Source: an uncultured Acidimicrobiia bacterium (GTDB taxonomy: Bacteria; Actinomycetota; Acidimicrobiia; Acidimicrobiales; Ilumatobacteraceae). From it: a stretch of 64,000 bases of DNA. Positions 1 to 8,697 of the stretch are shown piece after piece (position 1 is the stretch's first letter; the number at the start of each line of letters is the position of its first letter). The notes under the pieces are model-generated. The model saw only the letters and a program-made list of their open reading frames with translations, was not told where the DNA came from and did no database searches. Where the stretch lies: contig CAWJQF010000008.1 in assembly GCA_963844915.1 (NCBI GenBank), positions 107,476 to 171,475 of the forward strand, written 5' to 3'. The position numbers and the translations under genes were made by a program.

Positions 1-226
1 CGACGGCGATGATCGACATGAAGCCGGCGCCGACGCTCCACGCCACGTCCGAGGCCCCGGGAAACCGATCTCCCGAGGCGCTGATGACGATCAGCGAAAC
101 CGATGCACTGGCGACCTGCGTCACGAGCACGACGAGGAGCAGCGGGGCGCCTCTTGCGGCCCGCCCACCGCAGTAGTCCGACGTCCCGTAGACCACGGCC
201 GAGATCAACGCGAGGACGATGGCCAT
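1..226 (-). CDS. EamA/DMT-family transporter, N-terminal part (gene runs off the left edge)
   Basis: Absent from the ORF track because it is open-ended. Reverse-strand ATG at 226..224 gives MAIVLALISAVVYGTSDYCGGRAARGAPLLLVVLVTQVASASVSLIVISA..., with no stop down to position 1. Two hydrophobic helices and a YGxSDxxGG-like pattern are typical of EamA N-termini. Confidence 0.5.
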   Translation of the reverse strand, partial: MAIVLALISAVVYGTSDYCGGRAARGAPLLLVVLVTQVASASVSLIVISASGDRFPGASDVAWSVGAGFMSIIAV

Positions 227-270
227 GGCGCCCGCATTCTGCCGGCAGCGTGTGAGCCGATGAGAGGGAG

Positions 271-1491
271 ATGACAGCGGCCACGTCCATCGTCGCCGCC
301 ATGACCACCACCACGACCCTCATCCGGCAGCGCTCGGCCGTGCTGCCAACCAGCATGCTGGAGCGCTTCCGCAGCCGAGCCGGCGAGCTGGATCGCACCA
401 ACAGCTACTTCGACGAGGACCTCGCCGAGCTGCGTGAGGCCGGCTACCTGGCCGCTGCCGTGCCCGAACACCTCGGTGGAGGGGGCCTCAACCTGGCCGA
501 GCTCGTCGCCAGCCAGCGTCGTCTGGCCCGATTTGCCCCGGCCACCGCCCTGGCGATGTCGATGCACTCGTACTGGATCGGCGCCGCCGCAGAGCTCGAC
601 AAGGCCGGCGATTCGTCGCAGCGGTGGATCCTCGAGGCGGCCGCCGACGGTGAGGTTATCGCCGCCGGCCACGCCGAGACCGGCAACGACATCCCCGTCC
701 TCCTGTCGACGTGCCACGCCGAGCGGGTGGAGGGCGGCTACCGCCTGACCGGCCGCAAGCAGTTCGGCTCCAACGGTCCGGCGTGGGCCTGGCTGGGCGC
801 CCACGCCATCGACGCCGACGCCCCGGGCGGCCCACAGACCGTGCACGCCTTCGTCCATCGCACCAGCCCCGGCGTGACAGTCGTCGAGACGTGGGACACC
901 CTCGGGATGCGCCCGACGCAGAGCCACGACACGGTCCTCGACTCGGTGTTCGTACCGGACGCCCGCATCGGACGGGTAGTGCCGGCGGGCGACGGCAGCG
1001 ATCCGTACCTCGTGGCGATGACGATGTGGGCGTTGCCCCTCATCGCCAGCGTGTACCTCGGCATCGCCGAGCGGGCGCTGGAGGTCGCCGTGGCGAGCGC
1101 TCAGCGCAAGACGTCGATCGCCATCGCCCGCGGCGCCTACGCCTACAACCCGATGGTCCAGCACCAGATCGCCGAGATGTACCTCGAGCTGGACGCCGCG
1201 AACGCGACCGTCGAGCGCTTCGTCGACGACTGGGTGGCCGGCGCCGACCACGGCGAGGGGTGGATCTCGAAGGTGTACTCGCAGAAGTGGCGGGCCGTCG
1301 AGGCAGCCAAGCGGGTCGTCGACATCGCCCTCGACGTCTCCGGCGGCGGCGCCATGTTCAAGGGCAACGAGCTGGAGCGGCTCTACCGCGACGCGCGGTG
1401 CGGCGGCTTCCACCCCGGCAACGACGCCATCACCCACGAGATGGTCGGCAAGGCCGTGCTCGGCATCATCACCGAACAACCACGGTGGTGA
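271..1491 (+). CDS. acyl-CoA dehydrogenase family protein
   Basis: 406-aa ORF with GAGAGGGAG immediately before the ATG. ACAD-like layout: N-terminal helical part (DLAELREAGYLAAAVPEHLGGGGL), a middle beta domain, and a C-terminal helical part (NELERLYRDARCGGFHPGN). Confidence 0.8.
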   Translation: MTAATSIVAAMTTTTTLIRQRSAVLPTSMLERFRSRAGELDRTNSYFDEDLAELREAGYLAAAVPEHLGGGGLNLAELVASQRRLARFAPATALAMSMHSYWIGAAAELDKAGDSSQRWILEAAADGEVIAAGHAETGNDIPVLLSTCHAERVEGGYRLTGRKQFGSNGPAWAWLGAHAIDADAPGGPQTVHAFVHRTSPGVTVVETWDTLGMRPTQSHDTVLDSVFVPDARIGRVVPAGDGSDPYLVAMTMWALPLIASVYLGIAERALEVAVASAQRKTSIAIARGAYAYNPMVQHQIAEMYLELDAANATVERFVDDWVAGADHGEGWISKVYSQKWRAVEAAKRVVDIALDVSGGGAMFKGNELERLYRDARCGGFHPGNDAITHEMVGKAVLGIITEQPRW

Positions 1492-1500
1492 GCCCCCGGC

Positions 1501-4366
1501 TCACAAGGCCTGAAGTGCATGCTCGACGGCGCCGTCGCCGTCGAGCACGGCACCCTCGCGACGCGCGTCGTCGTACGTCTCGTCGCCGAGCACCGTGCGG
1601 AGCTGCGCACTGAGCTCGTTGAGCGCAGCCTCGTCGGCTCCGAAGATGCGGTGGCCGTACGGGGTCGACCGAACTGCTCCCTCGAGCACTGCAGCTTCCC
1701 GATGCCGCCCGAGCCGAGCGAGCAGGGCAGCGACCGACCGGAGGACGGTCCACTGCGCCGACCAGAACCCGGCCCGCCGCCATTGCGCGAGCAGCTGCCG
1801 GTAGGAGTCGGCGGCGACGAGCGGGTCGCCGATCCTCGCCTCGATCGACGCTTTGGACGCGCCGGCAAGCCCGGCGACGAAGGAGGCGCGAGTCCGCTCG
1901 GCGAGCTGCAACGCCTGCGCGAACCGAGCCCCCGCCCGCTCCGGATCGAACAGCAGATCCGCTTCACCGGCGCAGAACCAGATGTAGGCCGCCTGGGGTG
2001 TGGGCGCCGTGCCGACGTCGGCCAGCAACCGCTCTGACAAGTCGAGCGCCGCAGGATCGCCGGCGTAGCCCAAGGCGAGCAGTCCTGTGCCCTCGGCGAA
2101 CAGGCGTTGCGATGCATCGGCAGCAGCGTCGGTCGCTCGCCGGTACCACGCCACCGCCTTGTCGAGGTTGCCCTGGAACAACTCGTAGTTGCCGCGGGCC
2201 ATCGCCACCACCGCGGGCACCTCGCCGCTCGGCGCGGCGGCGACGAGCGAGCGAGCACTTCGTGCCCCAGCCTTGGCGACGTCGCCGGCCATCCACGCCG
2301 CGTAGGCGCTCACCGCCCAGACGTGTGGCGCCAGTGGGCTGCGGTCATCTGGATCGGCCTCGGTGACCCGCTCGGACCATGCGAGCACGTCAGGACGGAC
2401 CCGCATGAAGCCATAGTCGGACAGGGCCGAGACGAGGCGCCCGGCCAGCGCCACTCCCTCGTGGTCGATCAGCCAGCCGAGCGCGCTGCGCAGCTCCGGG
2501 AGCGCGTCGTCGATGTCCGAAAGCACTGTGGGATGTCGTGGATCTGCCATCCGCCGGTCGGCCGCCTCGATCCACTGCACGTAGTGACGGGCGTGGCGCT
2601 CGCCCGCGAGGTCGGCGCGGCGGTCATCAGCCAGCTGCTCGGCTCCGAACGCGCGGAGCGTCTCGAGCAGCAGGTACCTCCGGCCGGGCACCCGCATGAC
2701 GAGCGAGCGCTCGGTCAGTTGGTCGAGCGCTGCCGAGGCGTCAGCGACAGTCGTCCCGGAGATCGCCGCGGCTTCGGCCACCGTGAACGATCCGGCGAAG
2801 ACGGACAGGTCGGCGAAGATCCGCTGCAGGCGCGGATCGAGCAGCCCGTACGACCATGACATCGCCGCGCCGAGCGATCCATGACGGGCGGACGCGCGGT
2901 ACCCGGAGGACAGCAAGGTGAAGCGGTGGTCCAGGCCAGCGGCCACTTCGGTCACCTCGAGCGTCTGCAGGCGGGCGGCCGCCAACTCGATGGCGAGTGG
3001 AAGCCCGTCGAGTCGCCGCACGATGTCGGAGACGACCGTCAGCAGCTCGGGATCAGGGTCGAACGCAGGGTCCACCGCCCGGGCTCGCTCCACGAAGAGC
3101 TGCACGGCGGGGGCATCGGCGGCGGAGGTCGACAGAGTCGGCAGCGGAGGGACGGCGAGCACGTGCTCGGCGATGACGCGCACGCGTTCACGACTGGTCG
3201 TGATGATCCTGACGTTCGGACACGTCGCGAGCAGGGATTGCACGAGCTCGGCGATCGGCTGGAGGACGTGCTCGCAGTTGTCGAGCAGCAGGACGAGCGC
3301 CGTGTCGCCGAGCACGGCGGCGATCCGGTCGACCAGTCCGACATCGGGTCGGCCTTCGATCCCCAGCGCCGCGGCGACCGCGTCGATGGCGGATCCCTCG
3401 TCGGCGGCGGCCAGTTCGCACAGCACGACGGGGCGGTCGGGGTGCATTCCGACGCAAGCGGAGCCCGACTTCGTCGAGCAGGCGGGACTTGCCGACGCCG
3501 CCTGGCCCACTGAGCGTCACCAGGCGGTTCGCCTCCGCCATCGCCAGCACATCGTCCACGAGCTCGTCGCGTCCGACGAGTGACGTGACCGGGGTGTGCA
3601 GCCTGCTCGTGGGGCTCCACGTCGCTCGACCAGTGCCGGTCAGCAGGTCGGCGTGCTGGGCGATCAGCGCAGGGGAAGGTTCGATGCCGAGCTCGTCACC
3701 CAGCAGCCGCCGGAAGTCGTCGTACACGCGTAGCGCCTCGACGTTGCGGCCCGCCCGGGCGAGCGCCTCCATCAAGAGCGCGCGTGGTCGCTCGCGGAGC
3801 GGCTCCTCGTCGGCCAGAGCGGCGAGCTCCGTGATGAGGTCGTCGCTGGCGCCGGTGACGATGCGGGCGGCGGCTCGCGCCTCCGTCGCGCGGATCCGCA
3901 GTTCGGCCAACCGCACCGCTTCGGCTCGCCCGTCGTCGACGTCGTCGAGCTCCGGGTAGGCGGGACCGTGCCATCGATCGAGGATCTCATCGAGCGCGGC
4001 GAGCGCTGCGGCGTCCAGCGCGTCAGACGCGTTCAACGCAGCGACGAGACGGTCGGCGTCGAGATCGATCGCCTGCGGCGACAGCCGGTAACCGCTGCCC
4101 GTCGACTCGACAACGTCGGCGGGCAGGCCGCGACGCAGCCGGAACAAGTGGTTGTGCAGCGCCGCCACCGGGTCGCGCGGTGGGCGACCGGGCCAGAGGA
4201 CGTCAACTGCCGTATCGACCGAGACGACGTGACCGCGACGGAGGACGAGCAGCGCCAGCAGGCGACGCTGCAGTGGCCCGTCAGGCGTGACGTCGCGGCC
4301 GTCGGCCACGTACGCCCTGATCGGGCCCAACACCTCGATGCGCAACCGTTCGTCGCCACTCATCAC
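1501..4366 (-). CDS. SARP/AfsR-type regulator (OmpR-like wHTH + BTAD + NB-ARC ATPase + TPR-like C-terminus), reading frame broken once
   Basis: ORF-track entries 3188..4405 and 1501..3510 are two halves of one gene. The upstream half has RIEVLGPIRAY, the BTAD signature (LRVYDDFRRLLGDELGIEPSP) and Walker A GPGGVGKSRLL. The downstream half continues the NB-ARC (LVLLLDNCEHV, RIITTSRE) and helical repeats. The frame switches within about 3448..3470. ATG at 4366 was chosen because the 4405 start would overlap tRNA-Val. Confidence 0.75.
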
Positions 4367-4398
4367 GACTTGTGCTGGCGCACCTCGCTCGGCTCGGG

Positions 4399-4472
4399 TG
4401 GGCACGACGGGACTCGAACCCGGGACCTCCAGCGTGTCATGCTGGCGCTCTAACCAACTGAGCTACGCGCCC
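4399..4472 (-). tRNA. tRNA-Val (anticodon GAC)
   Basis: The reverse strand reads GGGCGCGTAGCTCAGTTGGTTAGAGCGCCAGCATGACACGCTGGAGGTCCCGGGTTCGAGTCCCGTCGTGCCCA. Acceptor stem is GGGCGCG/CGTGCCC with one G-U pair, and the D arm is GCTC..GAGC. The anticodon stem is CCAGC/GCTGG with loop AUGACAC, and the T loop is TTCGAGT. There is one C-U mismatch at the base of the T stem. The discriminator is A and CCA is not encoded. Confidence 0.88.
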
Positions 4473-4514
4473 TTGCGGCCAGTCAAGCTAGCAGCCGGTT
4501 CGGAGAACTCGTTG

Positions 4515-4550
4515 CTCGGTTCACGGCTCGGTTCACGGCTCCGTTCACCG
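4515..4550. repeat. 12-bp tandem repeat x3 (CTCGGTTCACGG, CTCGGTTCACGG, CTCCGTTCACCG)
   Basis: Read directly from the sequence. It lies between the tRNA-Val 5' side and the hemW-like stop codon, and the third unit overlaps that stop (4545..4547). Confidence 0.7.
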
Positions 4551-5588
4551 CAGTCGGACGGCGACCTCGTTGGCCATCAGGCGGCCGCGTCGCGTCAGCA
4601 CCCACCGGTCGTCCTGGCATTCCACGAGACCGGGCAGGGCGTCACCGTCGAGTGCCTCTGCCGGCACACCGGCCCGGGTGCGCAGCGAGAGTTGCAGTCC
4701 CTCGATCCGCCTGGCGTCGTCATCCAGCGTCTCGGCCGCCGCTTCCGTTGACCTCCCGGCGGCGACGGCTTCGAGGTAGCGCTCCGGCGTGCGGACGTTC
4801 CACCAGCGCCGACCGGCGCGGTGCGAGTGCGCGGCGCAGCCGAAGCCGCGATAGTCGTGCTGCCCCCAGTACAGGTGGTTGTGGCGGCATTCGTGACCGG
4901 GGCGCGCCCAGTTGGACACCTCGTAGTTGTCGAGCCCGCCGGCCGAGAGCAGGTCATCGGCGAGCTCGTACTCGTCCGCTTGTGTGTCGTCATCGGGATG
5001 GCGAGCGGGGTCGGCGGCAAGCGGCGTGCCCGGCTCCACGGTCAACCCGTAGGCGGAGACGTGCGGCGGCTCGAGGTCCAGCGCACGAAGCAGCGTGGTC
5101 CGCCAATCGGCTGCCGACTCGCCGACGGTGCCGTAGATGAGGTCGAGGTTGAACGTGCGCAGGCCGACGCTGCGGACCGCCGCAACGGCCCGCTCGACGT
5201 TGTCCACGTCGTGCGTGCGGCCGAGCGCCGTGAGCACGTGCGGCACCATCGACTGGACGCCGATGGACACGCGGTCGACGCCCGCCTCGGCGTACGTGGC
5301 GATCAGTTCCCTGGTGACGTCGTCCGGGTTGCACTCGACCGTGACCTCCGCGCCTGGCACGACCGGCACGGACCGGATCACCACAGCCAGCGCCTCCGGG
5401 GGCACGAGGGATGGCGTTCCGCCACCGACGAACACGCTCGTGGCGACGGGCATCCCGTCATCGACGGCGACGGCGATCTCGGTCCGCACCGCCGCCAGGT
5501 ACTCGTCGACGAGATGGGCGCGATCGGTCCACGTCGCGAACGCGGAGTAGTCGCACCGGTGCGCACAGAACGGGACGTGGACGTACAC
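4545..5588 (-). CDS. hemW: HemW/HemN-like radical-SAM family protein (heme chaperone / oxygen-independent coproporphyrinogen oxidase-like), atypical cluster motif
   Basis: VYVHVPFCAHRCDYSAF..., GGGTPS, and a HemN_C-like C-terminus. The canonical CxxxCxxC reads C-AHR-C-DY-S here. The GTG start follows an in-frame TGA that cuts off a conserved-looking PFG tripeptide. Confidence 0.7.
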   Translation of the reverse strand: MYVHVPFCAHRCDYSAFATWTDRAHLVDEYLAAVRTEIAVAVDDGMPVATSVFVGGGTPSLVPPEALAVVIRSVPVVPGAEVTVECNPDDVTRELIATYAEAGVDRVSIGVQSMVPHVLTALGRTHDVDNVERAVAAVRSVGLRTFNLDLIYGTVGESAADWRTTLLRALDLEPPHVSAYGLTVEPGTPLAADPARHPDDDTQADEYELADDLLSAGGLDNYEVSNWARPGHECRHNHLYWGQHDYRGFGCAAHSHRAGRRWWNVRTPERYLEAVAAGRSTEAAAETLDDDARRIEGLQLSLRTRAGVPAEALDGDALPGLVECQDDRWVLTRRGRLMANEVAVRLR

Positions 5589-5741
5589 CCCGAACGGTCA
5601 AGCCTCAGGTGTGCGGCGGCTTGTGAGCGAACATCGGCAGGAAATCGCTCACGGACGTCACAGCTCTGCGTGAGGGAAGGACGTCGAGTCTACGTGGACG
5701 GCGGCAGGCAACGCCGTAGGAAAGCCGGATCCGATCGGTTT

Positions 5742-6434
5742 CTAGGCAGGGGCGCACGCCCGGCGCACCGCTTGCAAGGCGACCATCCGGGCGGCGGCGA
5801 CGACGGCCGCTGTCTCCACGCGCAACACGTAGGGTCCGAGCGAGACCTGGTCCGAGGCGGCGGCCAGCTCACCGGGCGACCAGCCGCCCTCCGGTCCGAT
5901 CGCCACCGCGCTGTCGCGCGGTTCCAGCTCGCGCCCTCCGGGCTCGGCGATCGCCGTCGCACCGAGCACCGTGGTCGCCGCGACCGGGCCGTCGAGCTCG
6001 GGAACCCGCACGCGCCGCGCCTGCATCGCGGCTTCCTCGGCGATGCGCCGCCAGCGGGACACCGGACGAGCCGCCCGGTCCCCACTCCACCTCGCCACCG
6101 ACCGCTCAGCGATGACGGCGACGATGCGGTCGACACCGACCTCCGTGCACTTCTGCACCAGCCAATCGGCGCGGTCGCCCTTCGGCATGGCGACGTAGAT
6201 CGTCAACGGTTCGACGTTCGGCGGCTCGACCACGATGTCGTCCTCGGGTGCAACGCCGTCGCTGGAGAGGCGGCAACTCCGCCACCGCCCCGCACCGTCG
6301 GTGACCGTCACCGCCTCGCCGTCGCGCAGACGGAGCACACGGCGCAAGTGGTGCCGCGCCGGATCCGACAACACCGGTGCGGCAACGTCATCGACGAGCA
6401 CATGGGCCGCCGATCGACGCAGCGCGTCATCCAC
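5742..6434 (-). CDS. rsmE: 16S rRNA (uracil1498-N3)-methyltransferase
   Basis: 230 aa with a PUA-like N-terminus (HLRRVLRLRDGEAVTVTDG) and a SPOUT C-terminus (IAIGPEGGWSPGE, LGPYVLRVETA). It lies directly downstream of dnaJ, as is usual. Confidence 0.85.
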   Translation of the reverse strand: MDDALRRSAAHVLVDDVAAPVLSDPARHHLRRVLRLRDGEAVTVTDGAGRWRSCRLSSDGVAPEDDIVVEPPNVEPLTIYVAMPKGDRADWLVQKCTEVGVDRIVAVIAERSVARWSGDRAARPVSRWRRIAEEAAMQARRVRVPELDGPVAATTVLGATAIAEPGGRELEPRDSAVAIGPEGGWSPGELAAASDQVSLGPYVLRVETAAVVAAARMVALQAVRRACAPA

Positions 6435-6443
6435 GGTCAGGCC

Positions 6444-7574
6444 CTACGAGAATGCCGACTTGATCCGCGAGAACAGTCCCTTCTCGGGTGGGTTGATGCG
6501 TTCACCGCGTTTCTCGGCGAGCTGGCGGAGCAGGTCGGCCTCGTCCTCGGCGAGCTTACGGGGGACCTCCACGACGAGGCGGGCCCGCAGGTCACCTCGC
6601 CCGCGACCCTGCAGCCGTGGCACTCCGCGGTTGCGGAGCACGAACTCGTGGCCTGGCTGGGTACCGGCGGGCACGACCAGCTCCTCGTCGCCATCGAGTG
6701 TCGGCAGCTCGATGGTCGTGCCGAGCGAAGCCTGGGCGATCGAGATCGGCACGTCAGTCACCAGGTCGTTGCCATCACGCCGGTACCGCTCGTGCTCAGC
6801 GACACGTAGGTGCACGTAGAGGTCGCCGGACTTCCCCTTGCGCGGACCAGCCGCTCCACGCCCGCTCAGGCGCAACGTCGATCCTGAGTCGACGCCGGCC
6901 GGCACGTCGACGTGGTACGTGTGCTCGACGGTCACGCGACCCTCGCCCCGGCAGGCCGGACACGGTGTCACGATGACCTCGCCGAGGCCGCCGCAGCGCG
7001 GACACGGTGCCGACGTGACCATCTGGCCGAGCAGGCTCTGGCGGACGCGCTGGACCTGGCCGCTGCCGCCGCAGTCGGCGCACGTCACCGGCTGTGTGCC
7101 GGATCCGGTTCCGCTGCCATCGCACTCTTCGCAGCGTCGAGGCATCCGCAACGTGACGGGGACGGTCGCCCCGAACACCGCTTGCTCGAACGACACATCC
7201 GCGACGACCTCGAGGTCCTGGCCTCGCGGCGGTCCGGCAGGGCCGCGACGGCCTCCCCCGCCACCGAACGGGCTCTGTCCGCCGAAGAACGCATCGAACA
7301 GGTCGTTGAGCCCACCCCCGCCGAAGATGTCCTCGACCCGCGGCCCGGCGCCGGAGTTGACGCCCGCCTCCCCGAAGCGGTCGTAGCGGGCTCGTTGGTC
7401 GGGATCGGACAGCACCTGGTACGCCCGCGCGACCTCCTTGAACTGCTCAGCCGTGGCGCCGTCACCGGGGTTGGCGTCGGGGTGCAGCTCACGCGCCCGC
7501 TGGCGATAGGCCCGCTTGATCTCGTCCGTGCTGGCAGTCCGGGACACCCCGAGCAGTTGGTAGTAATCAGCCAC
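6444..7574 (-). CDS. dnaJ: molecular chaperone DnaJ
   Basis: J domain (DYYQLLGVSRTASTDEIKRAYRQRARELHPD), a G/F-rich linker, and four CxxCxGxG zinc motifs. GTG start with GAGGA upstream. Confidence 0.95.
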   Translation of the reverse strand: MADYYQLLGVSRTASTDEIKRAYRQRARELHPDANPGDGATAEQFKEVARAYQVLSDPDQRARYDRFGEAGVNSGAGPRVEDIFGGGGLNDLFDAFFGGQSPFGGGGGRRGPAGPPRGQDLEVVADVSFEQAVFGATVPVTLRMPRRCEECDGSGTGSGTQPVTCADCGGSGQVQRVRQSLLGQMVTSAPCPRCGGLGEVIVTPCPACRGEGRVTVEHTYHVDVPAGVDSGSTLRLSGRGAAGPRKGKSGDLYVHLRVAEHERYRRDGNDLVTDVPISIAQASLGTTIELPTLDGDEELVVPAGTQPGHEFVLRNRGVPRLQGRGRGDLRARLVVEVPRKLAEDEADLLRQLAEKRGERINPPEKGLFSRIKSAFS

Positions 7575-7586
7575 GATGCATCCTCG

Positions 7587-8582
7587 TCAGGATTCCTCGA
7601 GCCGGCGGCCGAGCTGATCGCTGACGACCTCGACGGTGGCCAGCGCCTGCGGGTAGTTCATGCGAGTCGGACCGAGCACACCCACCGACCCGCGGGGTTC
7701 ACCGTCGACGACGATCGGCGAGACGACGACAGAACACGCCGACAGCGGCTCGACGCCGTGCTCGACACCGATGGCGACGGACATCCCGCGCTGCACGAGG
7801 TCACCGAGCAACGAGACGACGATGAACTGCTCCTCGAGCGTGCGCAGCACGTCGCGCACGATGTCGACGGCATCGAAGGCCGTTGCCATCGCCGACGAGC
7901 CGCCGATGTACAGGTGCTCGGACCCGGACGCCCGCCGCACCGTCGACACCGCTACTTCGCACAGCCGGTCGACCGCGGCGTCCCCGCTCGAGTCGATGCC
8001 ACTGGTGTCCCCGAGCGTGCGTCCGTGCAGCTGGGCGCTCAGGTGCGCCGTCGCAGCGGCAAGGTGGTTGTCGGTGACGTCGGCGTCGAGGTCAATGGTC
8101 TGACTCTCCACCGAGCCGTTGCCGAGGACGACGACGACGGTGGCGAGCGTCGATGAGAGGGCGACGAACTGCACGGTCCGGACAGCCAGCGCCTCGGCCC
8201 GCGGGCCGACGACGATCGCGGCGTAGTTCGTGAGGTGGGCGAGGAGGTCCGACGTGCGGTACAGCATCTCCTCGAGCCGGCCGTGCGCGGTCCGGAAGAA
8301 CTCGCCGACCTGCTGGCGCGTCGCCTGGTCGAGGCGCCCGGGCGACACCAGGTTGTCGACGAAGAACCGGTAGCCCTTGTCGGTCGGGATCCGGCCCGCC
8401 GACGTGTGGGGCTGCACGAGATAGCCCTCCTGCTCGAGCACGGCCATCTCGTTGCGCACCGTTGCCGAAGACACTCGAACCCCAGGCGCGTCGGCGATGT
8501 GGGTCGAGCCCACGGGCTGCGCCGTCGCGATGTACTCCTGCACGACTGCGCTCAAGATCGCCGTCTTCCGATCATCGAGCAT
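7587..8582 (-). CDS. hrcA: heat-inducible transcriptional repressor HrcA
   Basis: MLDDRKTAILSAVVQEYIATAQPVGS... is a typical HrcA N-terminus. ATG at 8582 is preferred over the TTG at 8594 used by the ORF track. A CIRCE-like element lies immediately upstream. Confidence 0.93.
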   Translation of the reverse strand: MLDDRKTAILSAVVQEYIATAQPVGSTHIADAPGVRVSSATVRNEMAVLEQEGYLVQPHTSAGRIPTDKGYRFFVDNLVSPGRLDQATRQQVGEFFRTAHGRLEEMLYRTSDLLAHLTNYAAIVVGPRAEALAVRTVQFVALSSTLATVVVVLGNGSVESQTIDLDADVTDNHLAAATAHLSAQLHGRTLGDTSGIDSSGDAAVDRLCEVAVSTVRRASGSEHLYIGGSSAMATAFDAVDIVRDVLRTLEEQFIVVSLLGDLVQRGMSVAIGVEHGVEPLSACSVVVSPIVVDGEPRGSVGVLGPTRMNYPQALATVEVVSDQLGRRLEES

Positions 8583-8583
8583 G

Positions 8584-8610
8584 CTGGCAGTCAAGCCTAC
8601 CGAGTGCTAA
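8584..8610. promoter_or_regulatory. CIRCE-like HrcA operator
   Basis: In gene orientation it reads TTAGCACTC-N9-GACTGCCAG, against the consensus TTAGCACTC-N9-GAGTGCTAA. One arm is 9/9 and the other 6/9, with exact 9-nt spacing. It ends 1 nt before the hrcA ATG. Confidence 0.6.
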
Positions 8611-8697
8611 CCGCTCGGGGCGGGGCGTGTATCACCGCCCTCGCAACGATGTCCACAGGACGTGGGGGTCCGCCCGACCGGTGCCGGCCTGCGGCCG

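Noticed and set aside
4399-4472. tRNA-Val as an integration site for a genomic island covering the SARP/ACAD genes
   Set aside because: There is no integrase or excisionase, and no direct repeat of the tRNA 3' end that I could find in the window. The neighbouring genes are ordinary.
4821-8156. 662-aa and 414-aa plus-strand ORFs (4821..6809, 6912..8156)
   Set aside because: They are antisense to hemW, rsmE, dnaJ and hrcA.
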